DNA of 64,000 nucleotides from Bdellovibrionales bacterium (GCA_965199825.1 OZ241329.1:384001-448000), one strand, 5' to 3'; positions 49,076 to 59,475 are shown, counted from the stretch's first letter. The notes: generated from the letters alone by a model not told the origin. Program-made: numbers and translations.

Positions 49076-50853
49076 AGTTTTGCTCGCGATCTCACAGAGG
49101 GATCAGATAGGATTTGTTTAGGAAGCTGTTCCCATTCTTCATCCTCTTCGTTTGACTCTGAGATCGCCACCTCCACAGACGGAGCCGCAACCACAGGCGG
49201 AGCCGCAACCACAGGCGAGGCCGCAACCACAGGACTCAACTGAGCCAGTGGCAATTCTAAGGTGACTTTTGTATACCGATTGGGCTCAGATTCTATTCGT
49301 AAATCGCCGCCCCAACCTCGAATCATCTCACGCGCCATTGTGAGCCCAAGCCCTGCGTGAACGATGGTATCTTTGGTGGAATAAAAAGGATCAAACATCT
49401 TTTTTTGTTGCTCAGGGGAAAGTCCACACCCGGTGTCGACAATTTCGATTTCGATGCGGTTATCGCGATTTAATGATCGCACGTTGATTTTTTTTCCTGA
49501 AGCTCCCTGTAAGGCATCGCAAGCATTGTTTAAGATTTCAAATAGGAGATCTTTAAATGAGTGCTGAGCAATGACAGCCTGGCCAGTGGCATTGAGATCA
49601 AAATACATTTCTAAATTTTCAGATTCGCGCGCCTTAAATAACGCCAAGGTTTCCGCCAAAGCATCGTCAATTTCGATTCGCTCGAGTTTGGTGTTTTGAT
49701 CGATTCCACACAGCTGACTAAATCCTTCGAGAGTGTCTCGCAGTCGTCGGGCTTCTTTCTCTAAAGCTTCATGATGGGAGTTTAACATGGAGTCATGATT
49801 TTTAGATTTGGCGAGCTGAGTGTGACCAAGGATCAATGAGATTGGCCCATTCATCGCCTGCACCAAACTTGGCCCTACCATTTTGTAAGCCTCCATTCGG
49901 TCTATCGGCTTTTCGATAGCTACAGGTTCTGATGGGGTAAACACCTCGACGATATCTTTTGGTCGGTGTGTGAGTGCAACCCCAACCAATATTGCTATCG
50001 AAAACCAGATCAAAAAATCCTGAATGATGATTTTTCGCAAATCAAATCCAAATGTGGGCAAAGGCTTTGAGACCAACGCAAAAAGATTTGTGCGCTCAAG
50101 ACGAATGGCGGTGCCCAAAACACTTTGACCTTCAAGATTGCGAGTTTCGGCACTAAATATATTTTGTTTTTTATCCAAAACTTGCGACACAAAAGGATGC
50201 TTGTTGAAAAGCGTACCGACGTAGCCAATATCGCTTAATGCCAAAGCATAGCCGTGATCATCGATGACAATTAAGTCGCGATTGCTGCCTTTAAAGACCT
50301 CACTCCAGCTGGTTAAAAGCGCTTGCGGCAAGATCGCCACGGCCATCAAGGATTCGCCAGCAAGACTTTTTTTGATTGGCGTAATAAAGGCAAAACTGGT
50401 GTTGAGCAAAGGATCAGAGAGACGAATAAAAACTTGGTTGTACGCGGTGGTGGTCTCAAGTTTGAGTTGTTTGAGAGCCGAGCGCAATTGTCCATCGGTC
50501 ACCCGCGATTTAAAACCTTGGGAAATCTCGAGCCACTCAGGCTCCCATTGGCCCTGCACATCAGTTCGAAGAACGGCTACCGCAGAAAACTGGTTCAGCG
50601 CACCTTCAACATCAACACCAGAACTTGATTTGATTGCGGTGATGCGTCCGATGGTATCACGAAGTTGCTCTGCCAAAGAGTCGGATTGAACTTGAACAAG
50701 TCGTGACACAATCATCGCCTCGCGCTCAAGACTTTCAAAAGCCTCGCTGAGTTCTCGATTTTGCAAATATCGTGTGTTGATCAATGCGGTTGTGATCACA
50801 AGAATTGTCAGCGCCACAGTGGAGCATAAGATAACAAACCAATGCTGTTTCAT
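49072..50853 (-). CDS. Membrane sensor histidine-kinase-like protein lacking the phospho-acceptor His
   Basis: Two TM helices around a periplasmic domain; N-box LNNACDA, DTGCG, FDPFYSTK, GLGL. H-box region reads LVQAMNGPI. Confidence 0.8.
   Translation of the reverse strand: MKQHWFVILCSTVALTILVITTALINTRYLQNRELSEAFESLEREAMIVSRLVQVQSDSLAEQLRDTIGRITAIKSSSGVDVEGALNQFSAVAVLRTDVQGQWEPEWLEISQGFKSRVTDGQLRSALKQLKLETTTAYNQVFIRLSDPLLNTSFAFITPIKKSLAGESLMAVAILPQALLTSWSEVFKGSNRDLIVIDDHGYALALSDIGYVGTLFNKHPFVSQVLDKKQNIFSAETRNLEGQSVLGTAIRLERTNLFALVSKPLPTFGFDLRKIIIQDFLIWFSIAILVGVALTHRPKDIVEVFTPSEPVAIEKPIDRMEAYKMVGPSLVQAMNGPISLILGHTQLAKSKNHDSMLNSHHEALEKEARRLRDTLEGFSQLCGIDQNTKLERIEIDDALAETLALFKARESENLEMYFDLNATGQAVIAQHSFKDLLFEILNNACDALQGASGKKINVRSLNRDNRIEIEIVDTGCGLSPEQQKKMFDPFYSTKDTIVHAGLGLTMAREMIRGWGGDLRIESEPNRYTKVTLELPLAQLSPVVAASPVVAAPPVVAAPSVEVAISESNEEDEEWEQLPKQILSDPSVRSRAKL
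49181..49234. repeat. In-frame 18-bp tandem repeat x3 (PVVAAP/S)
   Basis: ggagccgcaaccacaggc twice plus gaggccgcaaccacagga. Confidence 0.85.
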
Positions 50854-50861
50854 TGTTTGTC

Positions 50862-50891
50862 ATTCTAGTTTTGTGGCGAAGACCAAAGCAA
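50862..50891 (-). promoter_or_regulatory. Sigma70-like promoter directly before the kinase start (probably leaderless)
   Basis: TTGCTT-N18-TAGAAT, then 8 nt to ATG 50853; no SD sequence. Confidence 0.5.
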
Positions 50892-50894
50892 GCT

Positions 50895-51374
50895 TTAGAT
50901 GCGAATCATAAATCCGAAATCAACGAACAAGGATGTTCCCGGATTGAAGGTGAATTTCACATCCGATCTTAAATAAAATTGGTGACCAAGTTGAAGGAGC
51001 ACTCCACCACCCAAATCCACACCACCAAATATTTTTGATCGCTCGTTTAGACCCGCATAGTCGGTCAAATCAAGACCTAAAAAAAAGAATCCCGAAAAAC
51101 TTTCGATCGGAACATCAAGCCTCAAGTCCACCGCAAGATTTCTATAATTTGCACCATCGCCATTACCCAAAGTGGCCGTGGCCTCCACTGTTGGCAGCCC
51201 CAACTTGTAGCCCGCACGAACACCGCCAAGCCCAGTAATCTCGGTGAGTCCAGAAATACCAGACGGAAGAAGTGTTCCGACAAGTGCACCCACTTCGATC
51301 CGACCATTGGATTGATCTTGTGCGTGTGCAGAACTCATAAAGAAACAAAATGGAATAAAAAAAAGAAATTTCAT
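50895..51374 (-). CDS. Small outer-membrane beta-barrel protein
   Basis: ATG 51374 with signal peptide ending AHA; alternating strands; C-terminal FGFMIRI. Confidence 0.75.
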   Translation of the reverse strand: MKFLFFIPFCFFMSSAHAQDQSNGRIEVGALVGTLLPSGISGLTEITGLGGVRAGYKLGLPTVEATATLGNGDGANYRNLAVDLRLDVPIESFSGFFFLGLDLTDYAGLNERSKIFGGVDLGGGVLLQLGHQFYLRSDVKFTFNPGTSLFVDFGFMIRI

Positions 51375-51452
51375 ATCGAAAGTGTATCCGAGAGTTTTGA
51401 TCCTCACAATCTTGTGGTTGACGCTCATCGCCTTTAGCTCGAAAATCTTTGA

Positions 51453-52292
51453 ATGACAAAACGCTTTGAAGGCACAGTTCCTGGACGTCAGGATGCCGAA
51501 CTTTTTTATCAAAAATGGATTACCCCTAACTCTCGCGGCACAATCTTGATCACTCATGGTCTTGCCGAGCATTCTGATTGTTATGATCAGTTGGCGCATG
51601 AGCTCAATACCGATGGCTGGAATGTTTATGGCTGGGATCTGCGTGGGCACGGAAGATCGAGTGGAAAACGCGGCTATGTCGAAAACTTTTTGTATTTTAT
51701 CGAAGATCTGAAGCATGTTGTTTCGTTTGTGCAACGCCAAGAGGATTTTAACGTCAAACATCCACTGATTTTATTTGGTCATTCGATGGGTGGCCAAATT
51801 GTGACCCGTGCGGTTTTGAAAGAAAACTTGATGGTTCAGGCTGTGGTGTTGTCGTCCCCTGCGATGGGTTTAAAAATGGCAGTTCCTCAATGGAAAGTGG
51901 CACTTTCAGAAACCGCGGTAAAATGGTTTCCCAAAGTCACATTATCTAATGAGATCGAATTTTCTGATCTTTCGCGAGATGAAAACATGATCGATAGCTT
52001 TAAGCGCGACAGTCTTCGACACAGCAAAATCAGTCCAGAAGTTTTTTTAGGCATGCGCGCAGGATTTCATGAAGTTTTAGAAAATGCCGAAAATTTTAAA
52101 TTGCCGTTGTGTGTTCAAATTGGTGGTGCAGACCCGATGATCGATGTCGAAGCAACAAAAACTTTTTTTGCCAAAACAACTTCCACAATTAAAGAACTAT
52201 TTGTTTATCCCGATAGTCTCCATGAAATATACAATGACTTAGATCGCGATCAGGTGATCAAAGATCTTAAAACTTTTTTAACTAAGGTTTGA
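51453..52292 (+). CDS. Lysophospholipase / monoacylglycerol lipase-like alpha/beta hydrolase
   Basis: HGLAEHS, DLRGHGRSSGKRG, GHSMGG, LHEIYND. Confidence 0.9.
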   Translation: MTKRFEGTVPGRQDAELFYQKWITPNSRGTILITHGLAEHSDCYDQLAHELNTDGWNVYGWDLRGHGRSSGKRGYVENFLYFIEDLKHVVSFVQRQEDFNVKHPLILFGHSMGGQIVTRAVLKENLMVQAVVLSSPAMGLKMAVPQWKVALSETAVKWFPKVTLSNEIEFSDLSRDENMIDSFKRDSLRHSKISPEVFLGMRAGFHEVLENAENFKLPLCVQIGGADPMIDVEATKTFFAKTTSTIKELFVYPDSLHEIYNDLDRDQVIKDLKTFLTKV

Positions 52293-52293
52293 T

Positions 52294-52884
52294 ATGCGCT
52301 TTTTAGTTATTGCATCAGTTGTTTTTGTCGCAGCCTGTACATCAACCCCACCCGTTGTTGATGAGAACAAATCGGTTTCGGCGATGTCTGATGCCGAATA
52401 TGCCGCACTACTGCAAAAAAAAACGGTTCACGATCGAAAATACGAAGGTTTTTATCAGATCTTTGAGGCCTCGGCTTTGCTGCTCAATCTCGAAGTCCAA
52501 GATATTTTGCTCACCCGACAAATTCATTTTAATCAATGGGTGCCCGAAAAAATTCGGACCGAGCGCGAAAAGACAAACCAGCTCAACGCAACACAAACTC
52601 GGGTGATCTTAAGCTTTTTTAGTCCTGACTTTCAGTATGACGATTTGGCCAAAACGAATAGTGTCTGGCATTTGTATCTCGAAGTGGGCACGGCCCGCTA
52701 CGAGGCCAAGGTTAAAAAAGTTTCGTCCAAATTGGTCGAGGTTAAAACTCTTTATCCCTTTCACAACCGGTTTAGCACTCCTTATGAGCTGACATTTATG
52801 GTTCCGGTTGCCCAGGTGGAACAAAACCCAGTGAGTTTAACCCTTACCAGTACCCTTGGCTCATCGACCATGAAGTTCAAATAA
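52294..52884 (+). CDS. Hypothetical lipoprotein
   Basis: Lipobox VAAC. Confidence 0.7.
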   Translation: MRFLVIASVVFVAACTSTPPVVDENKSVSAMSDAEYAALLQKKTVHDRKYEGFYQIFEASALLLNLEVQDILLTRQIHFNQWVPEKIRTEREKTNQLNATQTRVILSFFSPDFQYDDLAKTNSVWHLYLEVGTARYEAKVKKVSSKLVEVKTLYPFHNRFSTPYELTFMVPVAQVEQNPVSLTLTSTLGSSTMKFK

Positions 52885-55809
52885 TTTTTGGCTGAACGTT
52901 GGACTATAGTCTTCAATGGCAACCTTTTGCTCAAACGGAAAAATGGCGCACACCTTAATTTTTGCATCTGGATATCGTTGCTTGAGGCACCACGCATAAA
53001 TCTGCAGCTGCGACAGCGCCTTTTTCAGTGCGGCCATCGATCCCGACTTATAATCAATAATCCACCACTGCCCCTCGACCTCGCCCACAAGATCCATTTG
53101 GCCTTCGAGAATTCCATTGGGCGTGCGAGTTTGAAATCCCCATTCGGCAAAGCCTTGGGCGATCAGAGTCTTCATCGGTGGTGTCTCTAAGGATTGAACG
53201 TAGTCGACAGCCAATTGCCATTCCTCAGGAATGGGCAAAGAGCTATGATAACGAAGATTTTCAAACAAGCGATGCACGTCCATGCCTCTTTTTGCTCGGG
53301 TCAGATCATCCAATGAAAATTCTTTTTCATTTCCCAACAGATCGGTCACTGACTGTGATGACGCTCGGTGAAATTGATGAGACCAGAGGTCTCGCACCGA
53401 AATCTGGTGTTGAGAGGCGGTTTTGAATTCGTTCGAGGTTAAAGGCATCTTTAAGATCTCAACCGCGAAATCGGAATAAAAATGAATGCCCTCGTCGAGA
53501 ACTCTGAGCCAATCAAGACCATAGACCCACGATTCTTCAGAAGGATTTTTTGAGCTGTTAAAAAGATGGACCGAAGTTTTGGCACGAGTCATTGCCACAT
53601 AAAGCACTCGAGAATGCTCTTTGAGTTCTTGATCTTGAAATTTTTCGAGCACCATTTTTTCGGTCTGGGTGCCTTTGAGAGAATTATCCACGGGCCAAGC
53701 GATCGAGACTGATTTTTTTTGTTCATCAAACATGAGCGATGTCAGTTTGCTTTTTTGGGGGCGGGCACCCATACGCACAATCAGCACATGCGGAAACTGC
53801 AAACCCTTTGAGGCATGCACCGTCATCAAATTGATTCGGTCGGGCTCAAGACTGGAAACCGCATCGCCCTCGTCGCTATTTTCATCAATGACATCACTTT
53901 GCTCTTTGGCAAATTTGAGAAGTGAAAACCCCGGTCGGCTGGATTCCTGATGAAGAAGATTTACAAGTTTCCATAAGTTGGCCTCCATCCTTCCTGTGGG
54001 ATCAAGACTCAAACTTTTTTCCCAAAATTTTAGATCCTTAAGAGCATCAAAAAAGGCTTGCAGTAACCCTTTCTCTTTTGCGCTTTGCTGCAGGCGCAAC
54101 AGCTCTTGAAGTGCGGGCTCGTCTTTTAAAACTTCCTTAAAATGAACAAAATAATTCTCTGGATGATCCTTTAAAGCTTTTGCAAGTTGGGCATCTTGAA
54201 TTCGGGCAAAGGGCGATCGCAACAAAAGTATAAGATTGTCGTTATCAAAGGGGTTGACCAAAAATTTTATCAACGCCAATGCATCAATGATTTCTCTCCG
54301 CTCAAAAAATCCTTTGGTCTGATGGAGATAAAAGGGCAATTGCGACTGATGGAGCAACTGCGCCAAATGTTTTAAAACCTTATGGGTGCGGCCAAGAACA
54401 ACAATATCACTTAAGCTTGCTCCGTCATTGAGCAGTTTTTGAATGCGTGCAACAATCGCCTGGTCCTCAATCTCATCGGACTCGAGTTCAGAGTAACTGG
54501 CCACAACTGTTTTTTGATTTTGGGGCAAAGTTCGCGGCTGCATCGAAATAAAATTGCCACCAAAATTTTCAAATACTTTATTAAAGAAAGATAAAAGCTC
54601 TGGCTCTGAGCGGTAATTGCGATCGAGAATGTCGCGCTCGGCATTAAGCCCAGACATTTCTTTTTCAAAATTAACAAAGACATCGGTGCGAGCCCCGCGA
54701 AACAGATAGATACTCTGTTGCGGATCACCCACCACAAACCGGGGTCGATTGCCAATAAGTCCTCTTAACACTTCGACCTGTAAGGGCGAGGTGTCTTGAA
54801 ATTCATCGATCAACCACAGATCAAAACTTTCAGAAAAATTTTGGGCTAATGTGGGATAGTCACGCAGACCCTTTAAAGCGAGCAGCTCGACATCGTCCAT
54901 GGTGATTTGGCCGCATTCGTTTTTGAAAACATCAAAGCGTTCGCAAACCTTTTTCAAAAACAAAACAAAATTTTCGCTATTCTCAATCCTCTCGCTCCAG
55001 GTTGATGGATCAAGAGTGTCGTCACAAAAAAATTCTTTATACTTCTTTGACCAAATTCGGATTTCATCATCTAGAGTGCCAGAGATTTTTTTTTGATTAA
55101 AATTAGGCTTTCTTGGAAAATTGAGTTGGCTCGCAACAAACGAAAAGTTTTCTTCCGAAACAGATTGATCTAAGATCGATTTTAAATTGATCGCAAAGGC
55201 ACGAAAGGTTTTGTCTTCGGTTGTTTCAAAAAGCTGTTGAACAATTTCTTGCCCTTGCTCGGTCAAATTTTTTACAGTTTCAAGAAAGTCCTCACTTAAA
55301 TCTTTGAGTGTGACCGTTTTGATATCTTTGTGCTCGCGAAATAATCTCGAATATCGAGCCGCAATTCGAGAGAGTTCTTTAAGATCAAAAAAATCCATCC
55401 ACTGGGCATCTTCAAGTAAAACACCTCTGAGACTGAGCTTCATTAAGCGGTTTTCTTCAAAACTCGAAAGCACCGAAAAGCTAGGATCGAGATCCAAAAG
55501 ATGGGCAAATCTTTTTAAAAATAAACTAAACACACCATGAATGGTTGAAATAAAGGTTTGGGATTTGCTGCTCACAAACTCAAGCAGCTCCTGGTCCTCC
55601 CGCCGAAAGGCCTCGCGAATCAGCCGCTCACGCAGCTCTTGGGTGGCCTTGCGAGTAAATGTGGTCACCACCACAACCGGAAATTCATGATTTGTTTTTT
55701 TAAATTTTAAGGCAGAGTCGATCACGAATTGGGTGAGTGCTGTGGTCTTGCCAGCGCCTGCACCCGCACGCACCATTTTAGAAATTAATTGAGATGAGGG
55801 GCTCGACAT
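52861..55809 (-). CDS. addA: AddA-like UvrD helicase-nuclease
   Basis: AGAGAGKT, TFTRKA, IDEFQDT, VGDPQQSIYLFRGA, NYRS, TVHASKGLQF, YVAMTRA, C-terminal IIDYK. GGAGG precedes ATG 55809. Confidence 0.92.
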   Translation of the reverse strand: MSSPSSQLISKMVRAGAGAGKTTALTQFVIDSALKFKKTNHEFPVVVVTTFTRKATQELRERLIREAFRREDQELLEFVSSKSQTFISTIHGVFSLFLKRFAHLLDLDPSFSVLSSFEENRLMKLSLRGVLLEDAQWMDFFDLKELSRIAARYSRLFREHKDIKTVTLKDLSEDFLETVKNLTEQGQEIVQQLFETTEDKTFRAFAINLKSILDQSVSEENFSFVASQLNFPRKPNFNQKKISGTLDDEIRIWSKKYKEFFCDDTLDPSTWSERIENSENFVLFLKKVCERFDVFKNECGQITMDDVELLALKGLRDYPTLAQNFSESFDLWLIDEFQDTSPLQVEVLRGLIGNRPRFVVGDPQQSIYLFRGARTDVFVNFEKEMSGLNAERDILDRNYRSEPELLSFFNKVFENFGGNFISMQPRTLPQNQKTVVASYSELESDEIEDQAIVARIQKLLNDGASLSDIVVLGRTHKVLKHLAQLLHQSQLPFYLHQTKGFFERREIIDALALIKFLVNPFDNDNLILLLRSPFARIQDAQLAKALKDHPENYFVHFKEVLKDEPALQELLRLQQSAKEKGLLQAFFDALKDLKFWEKSLSLDPTGRMEANLWKLVNLLHQESSRPGFSLLKFAKEQSDVIDENSDEGDAVSSLEPDRINLMTVHASKGLQFPHVLIVRMGARPQKSKLTSLMFDEQKKSVSIAWPVDNSLKGTQTEKMVLEKFQDQELKEHSRVLYVAMTRAKTSVHLFNSSKNPSEESWVYGLDWLRVLDEGIHFYSDFAVEILKMPLTSNEFKTASQHQISVRDLWSHQFHRASSQSVTDLLGNEKEFSLDDLTRAKRGMDVHRLFENLRYHSSLPIPEEWQLAVDYVQSLETPPMKTLIAQGFAEWGFQTRTPNGILEGQMDLVGEVEGQWWIIDYKSGSMAALKKALSQLQIYAWCLKQRYPDAKIKVCAIFPFEQKVAIEDYSPTFSQKLFELHGR

Positions 55810-57683
55810 AGCTTCCTCCATGCACAAAGCTCACATAATTTTTGATCGCGAGGGTTGGGATAGAATTCTCCCTTTTGAATATTTTCGACGGTGTTGAACA
55901 CAAGCTCGCGCAGTTCATTCAAAAATTTTGCTTTTTGTGTGGGCGACAACCAATTTTTAATTTTATCTACGCTTGAAAACAAGCTTTCATCGGTATCTTC
56001 AAGACGAAATCCCTTTTCGCGCTTTTTATCTTTTAAAACATAGTACAAAGCGCCCACCACTGGCGAATGCTCAAGGGATGTCACCCCATCCTCAACCGCA
56101 AGCATATAGATTCCGAGTTGAAGTTTCGCGTTGGAAATCCAACTCGACCAATGAAAAAGATTATGACTCGAACTTTTATAATCAATTAGCACCACATCTC
56201 GCGATACGTTTTGATCCACCCGATCAATTCGACCCAAAAATGGAATTCCGTCTCCCTCTTTAATAAATCGTTTTTGTTTTTGAGACCACAATGCTTTTAT
56301 TTCTAATTCGCGGGCCACGGTTTGGGTTTGTGGAAACCTCTTTCGCCATTCTTTTTCAAATTCTAAAAATTGGCTGCCGATTTTTATATATTTCTTTTTT
56401 ATTGAGGGCCAAAATTCTTTTTCGCCCAGTTGCACCCGATCTTTAATTTGCTCGAGCAGCTCCCCCACTTCATTTTCAGAAAGGTCAAACTTCATGGGCT
56501 CAATCGCCAACTTTTCAAAAAGAGCATGGAGCAATAAACCGCGCATCCTATGATCCAAATCAAGATCAAGAGCGGGATCATTGCTAAGATTAAAAACCTT
56601 TTCGGCGGCAAAGATAAATGGGCAATCCAAATACTTTTCGATTTGTGTGGCCGAGAGGCGCGTGATCTCAAAGGGACCAAATTGATGCGGTAGAGATTGG
56701 GCTTGATCCTGATTTTGCAATTCTGAAAGCCGAGTGGATTCGGGTTGTTCAAGATGCTCATGCGATAAACCAAACTCGACACTTTTTTCTAACCAAATCA
56801 AACTGGCGGCTTGAGCTTGCCCTGATAAATCATTGGCCGAAGTCGACAGATGAAGCTCCCTAACCTCACGCTCGAGCAACCACAGGGCCTCAAATTCTTT
56901 GTGCCGCTGATCGGGCAGCGGCAACTGAAATCCAGTTTGTTGTGAGAGCGATAAAACCTCTCGCACCGAGAGACCCATCGGCTCAAAACTCTTCAACGCT
57001 TCTTCGTTCAGTCCCATCACCCAGATGTACTCGGCCGATAACCAATCGGCCGATTCAAGATTGAGTATTTTTAAACCGTCGTCGACCCCGCGCTCCAAAA
57101 CAATTTCTGTTTTAACTAAGAGTCTTTCAAAATACTGAATCCAAAGTTTAAATGGCCACTCGATGTCACTTGGAACTTCAGACATCATTCTTTGCACAAT
57201 CGGTTTAAGCCAAAGCCCTTTTTGACCACCAAATTTTTTAATCACCACGTCTAAAAAATCTTGGAGAGAAAAGTTGTGATTCGAAAGATTTTGGATAAAG
57301 GACTGAATCTCGGGATCATCTTCGGTTTGGTAGGCCCCATAAAAGTTGTGGTAGCGGCGCACAAAATTTTTATAAAGCATCTGGGGTGCTGCCTCAAACA
57401 GGACCGACTCTAAAAGAGATCGGTCCACTTCACCCGCCATCAGTTTTAATTTTGAATTGAGCAATTGCATTTCGGGATGCAATAAAACTTTTGTGACAAT
57501 GGACTTATCGCAAGGAATACCTTCGATGCGAAAATATTCGGATAAAGTTGGCCACACATCCTCCATATTGGGATGAAGAATTGCAATATCAGAGGGGCTC
57601 ACCCCTTGGTCGAGCCACTTTCGCGACTGCGCAACCGCCGCCTGAACTTCGCTCAAGGTGCTTGCATAACGATGGAGCTTCAA
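55785..57683 (-). CDS. addB: AddB-like nuclease, C-terminal part (PD-(D/E)XK with Fe-S staple)
   Basis: LSATQIEKYLDCPF, GRIDRVD, IDYKS, QLGIY, CELCAWRKLC. Confidence 0.85.
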   Translation of the reverse strand: MKLHRYASTLSEVQAAVAQSRKWLDQGVSPSDIAILHPNMEDVWPTLSEYFRIEGIPCDKSIVTKVLLHPEMQLLNSKLKLMAGEVDRSLLESVLFEAAPQMLYKNFVRRYHNFYGAYQTEDDPEIQSFIQNLSNHNFSLQDFLDVVIKKFGGQKGLWLKPIVQRMMSEVPSDIEWPFKLWIQYFERLLVKTEIVLERGVDDGLKILNLESADWLSAEYIWVMGLNEEALKSFEPMGLSVREVLSLSQQTGFQLPLPDQRHKEFEALWLLEREVRELHLSTSANDLSGQAQAASLIWLEKSVEFGLSHEHLEQPESTRLSELQNQDQAQSLPHQFGPFEITRLSATQIEKYLDCPFIFAAEKVFNLSNDPALDLDLDHRMRGLLLHALFEKLAIEPMKFDLSENEVGELLEQIKDRVQLGEKEFWPSIKKKYIKIGSQFLEFEKEWRKRFPQTQTVARELEIKALWSQKQKRFIKEGDGIPFLGRIDRVDQNVSRDVVLIDYKSSSHNLFHWSSWISNAKLQLGIYMLAVEDGVTSLEHSPVVGALYYVLKDKKREKGFRLEDTDESLFSSVDKIKNWLSPTQKAKFLNELRELVFNTVENIQKGEFYPNPRDQKLCELCAWRKLCRAPHLN

Positions 57684-58378
57684 TTTTTTAATCTCTCATA
57701 GCACGCACTGGATGCACTAAAGCGATGGGTCCATGAGGTCGTCGGCACAATGACGGTGACCGAGTTTGATTTTGACATCCGGTGGATCAAATCAACTTCT
57801 AGAGGCGAAATTTCAGAGCCCAAATCAAAAACCAAATGTTTAGACCAATTGAGCTCTTCAACATCATATTCAATTAAAGCCCCACTGACCATGTTGAGAG
57901 GAGTCAGCCCCTGTGCCCGAAGGTAATCCCAGGCTCTTTTACTGAGCTCAAACCAAGATCTCCAACGGATTTGACTCTCGGGGTGCTCTTCCATCCACTC
58001 GAGCAAAAGCTCCTCGCCGTTTTTTTGCACAAGCAAAGGAAGCAGCTGCTCAAGATAAATCAGCAATGTCTTTTGGCTCTCGGCACTCTTGGTCCACTGA
58101 AGCTCCATTGGTTTTAACCAATGAGAAAGAATCGTGGCGGTCAAATCTTGCGAAATAAGCCGCGCCTGCGGATTGAATCTGAGATAAATCGTTTTCCACA
58201 ATTCGCTTGCCCGCAGCACATTGATATCTTCAACAAAATTTGTTTGTTTCATAATTCGCTTTTGTAATTCCGATTTTGATTTGAGATCGGAAACAATCCA
58301 CGAGGTTTCAAATGGATCAATACTTTCCAAATGACTTTGTTTTTCGCTAAAATTTTTTACCGGTTTAAGTTGCAGCAA
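57680..58378 (-). CDS. Probable AddB N-terminal part, encoded as a separate ORF
   Basis: Directly upstream of the addB ORF with a TTGA stop/start overlap; the combined ~860 aa fits a full AddB. Confidence 0.55.
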   Translation of the reverse strand: MLQLKPVKNFSEKQSHLESIDPFETSWIVSDLKSKSELQKRIMKQTNFVEDINVLRASELWKTIYLRFNPQARLISQDLTATILSHWLKPMELQWTKSAESQKTLLIYLEQLLPLLVQKNGEELLLEWMEEHPESQIRWRSWFELSKRAWDYLRAQGLTPLNMVSGALIEYDVEELNWSKHLVFDLGSEISPLEVDLIHRMSKSNSVTVIVPTTSWTHRFSASSACYERLKN

Positions 58379-58386
58379 ATATTTTG

Positions 58387-59475
58387 TTATCGACGTCTTT
58401 TAACCCGAGCCGAATTCCTTTTTGGGTTTGAGTTAAACCCAAGATCAAAGCCAAGTTCAAGAGTTGCCTGAACAACATAGCGGCGATCGACAAGCTGCCC
58501 CGCATATTCACCAAGCTCAACTCCATAAGTCGCGGCATCGAGATGAACCAACCACAGATTGACGCCCGCGCCCAAACTGTAAGCCCCTTGAGACAAGCCG
58601 CCGCGGACAGTAAATAAAGGAAAAACAATCTCGAGGCCCACATTTACTTTTTTTGAAGTTTGAATTTCGTAATGGTTGAGATACCGCAGATCGACACTGG
58701 GTGTAATGTCGATTAAAAAATTTGAAAAAGTGGTGGCAAATCCAAAACTCACATCATCGGTCTCATGCGGGGGAAGTCCATAGCTGGTTACACCCACATT
58801 GCGATAAGTTGCGGCAATAACAGTCTCACTCCCATTGAGATTAAAAATGGTGTTGAGACCAAGATCAATCTCAATGCCGTCGCCACTCACCCGAAATTGA
58901 TCAAGCAATTGTTGCGAACTGAGGGTGCCCACCGTACTTGGCCCCAGCACTTTACGCATGCCCATCCGTCTAATTTTTTTTATGACCACGCCGGCTTCGA
59001 CACTGTGATTCAATGGGACAGCGACACCTGCCGCATAGCCAAAATCATTAACCGCATTGGCTTGTAGGGAAGTCATCGCCGGATTTTGTGCTTTGAAGCT
59101 CACATCCAAATTATCAAAAATTGCGAAACCAAAATACGGCCCGACCAAACTTAATTTGTCCGACACCGCTGCGGCCTCTTGAGACCCATAAAGACCTTGC
59201 ACCACATTTGAGTAATCGTTACTCGTGCCGCCTTTTAGATCTTTTAATTTGTCGTAGGCCTTGGTGTCGTCCACCGAAACTTCTGGATCAGCCACCGTGA
59301 CATAAACTCCACCAATTCGTCCCAAGGCTGCCGGATTATAAAACAGGGCATCCGAATCTTTTACCACCGCCGTATAGGCATTGCCCATTCCAAGTGCTCG
59401 AGCATTGGTCCAAGTTTGAAATAGCTCACTGGCCCAAGAGCTACTCAAAAACAAAATCGCTAGTAACACAAACAC
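58387..59475 (-). CDS. FadL/PorV/TraF_2-like outer-membrane beta-barrel (paralogue 1)
   Basis: Signal peptide; ARALGMGNAYTAV..D.DALFYNPAAL; RGGLSQG; YGVELG...DRRY. Confidence 0.75.
   Translation of the reverse strand: MFVLLAILFLSSSWASELFQTWTNARALGMGNAYTAVVKDSDALFYNPAALGRIGGVYVTVADPEVSVDDTKAYDKLKDLKGGTSNDYSNVVQGLYGSQEAAAVSDKLSLVGPYFGFAIFDNLDVSFKAQNPAMTSLQANAVNDFGYAAGVAVPLNHSVEAGVVIKKIRRMGMRKVLGPSTVGTLSSQQLLDQFRVSGDGIEIDLGLNTIFNLNGSETVIAATYRNVGVTSYGLPPHETDDVSFGFATTFSNFLIDITPSVDLRYLNHYEIQTSKKVNVGLEIVFPLFTVRGGLSQGAYSLGAGVNLWLVHLDAATYGVELGEYAGQLVDRRYVVQATLELGFDLGFNSNPKRNSARVKRRR

Noticed and set aside
49181..49234. 18-bp tandem repeat as a regulatory or mobile repeat
   Set aside because: It is in frame within a low-complexity protein tail; a simple linker expansion.
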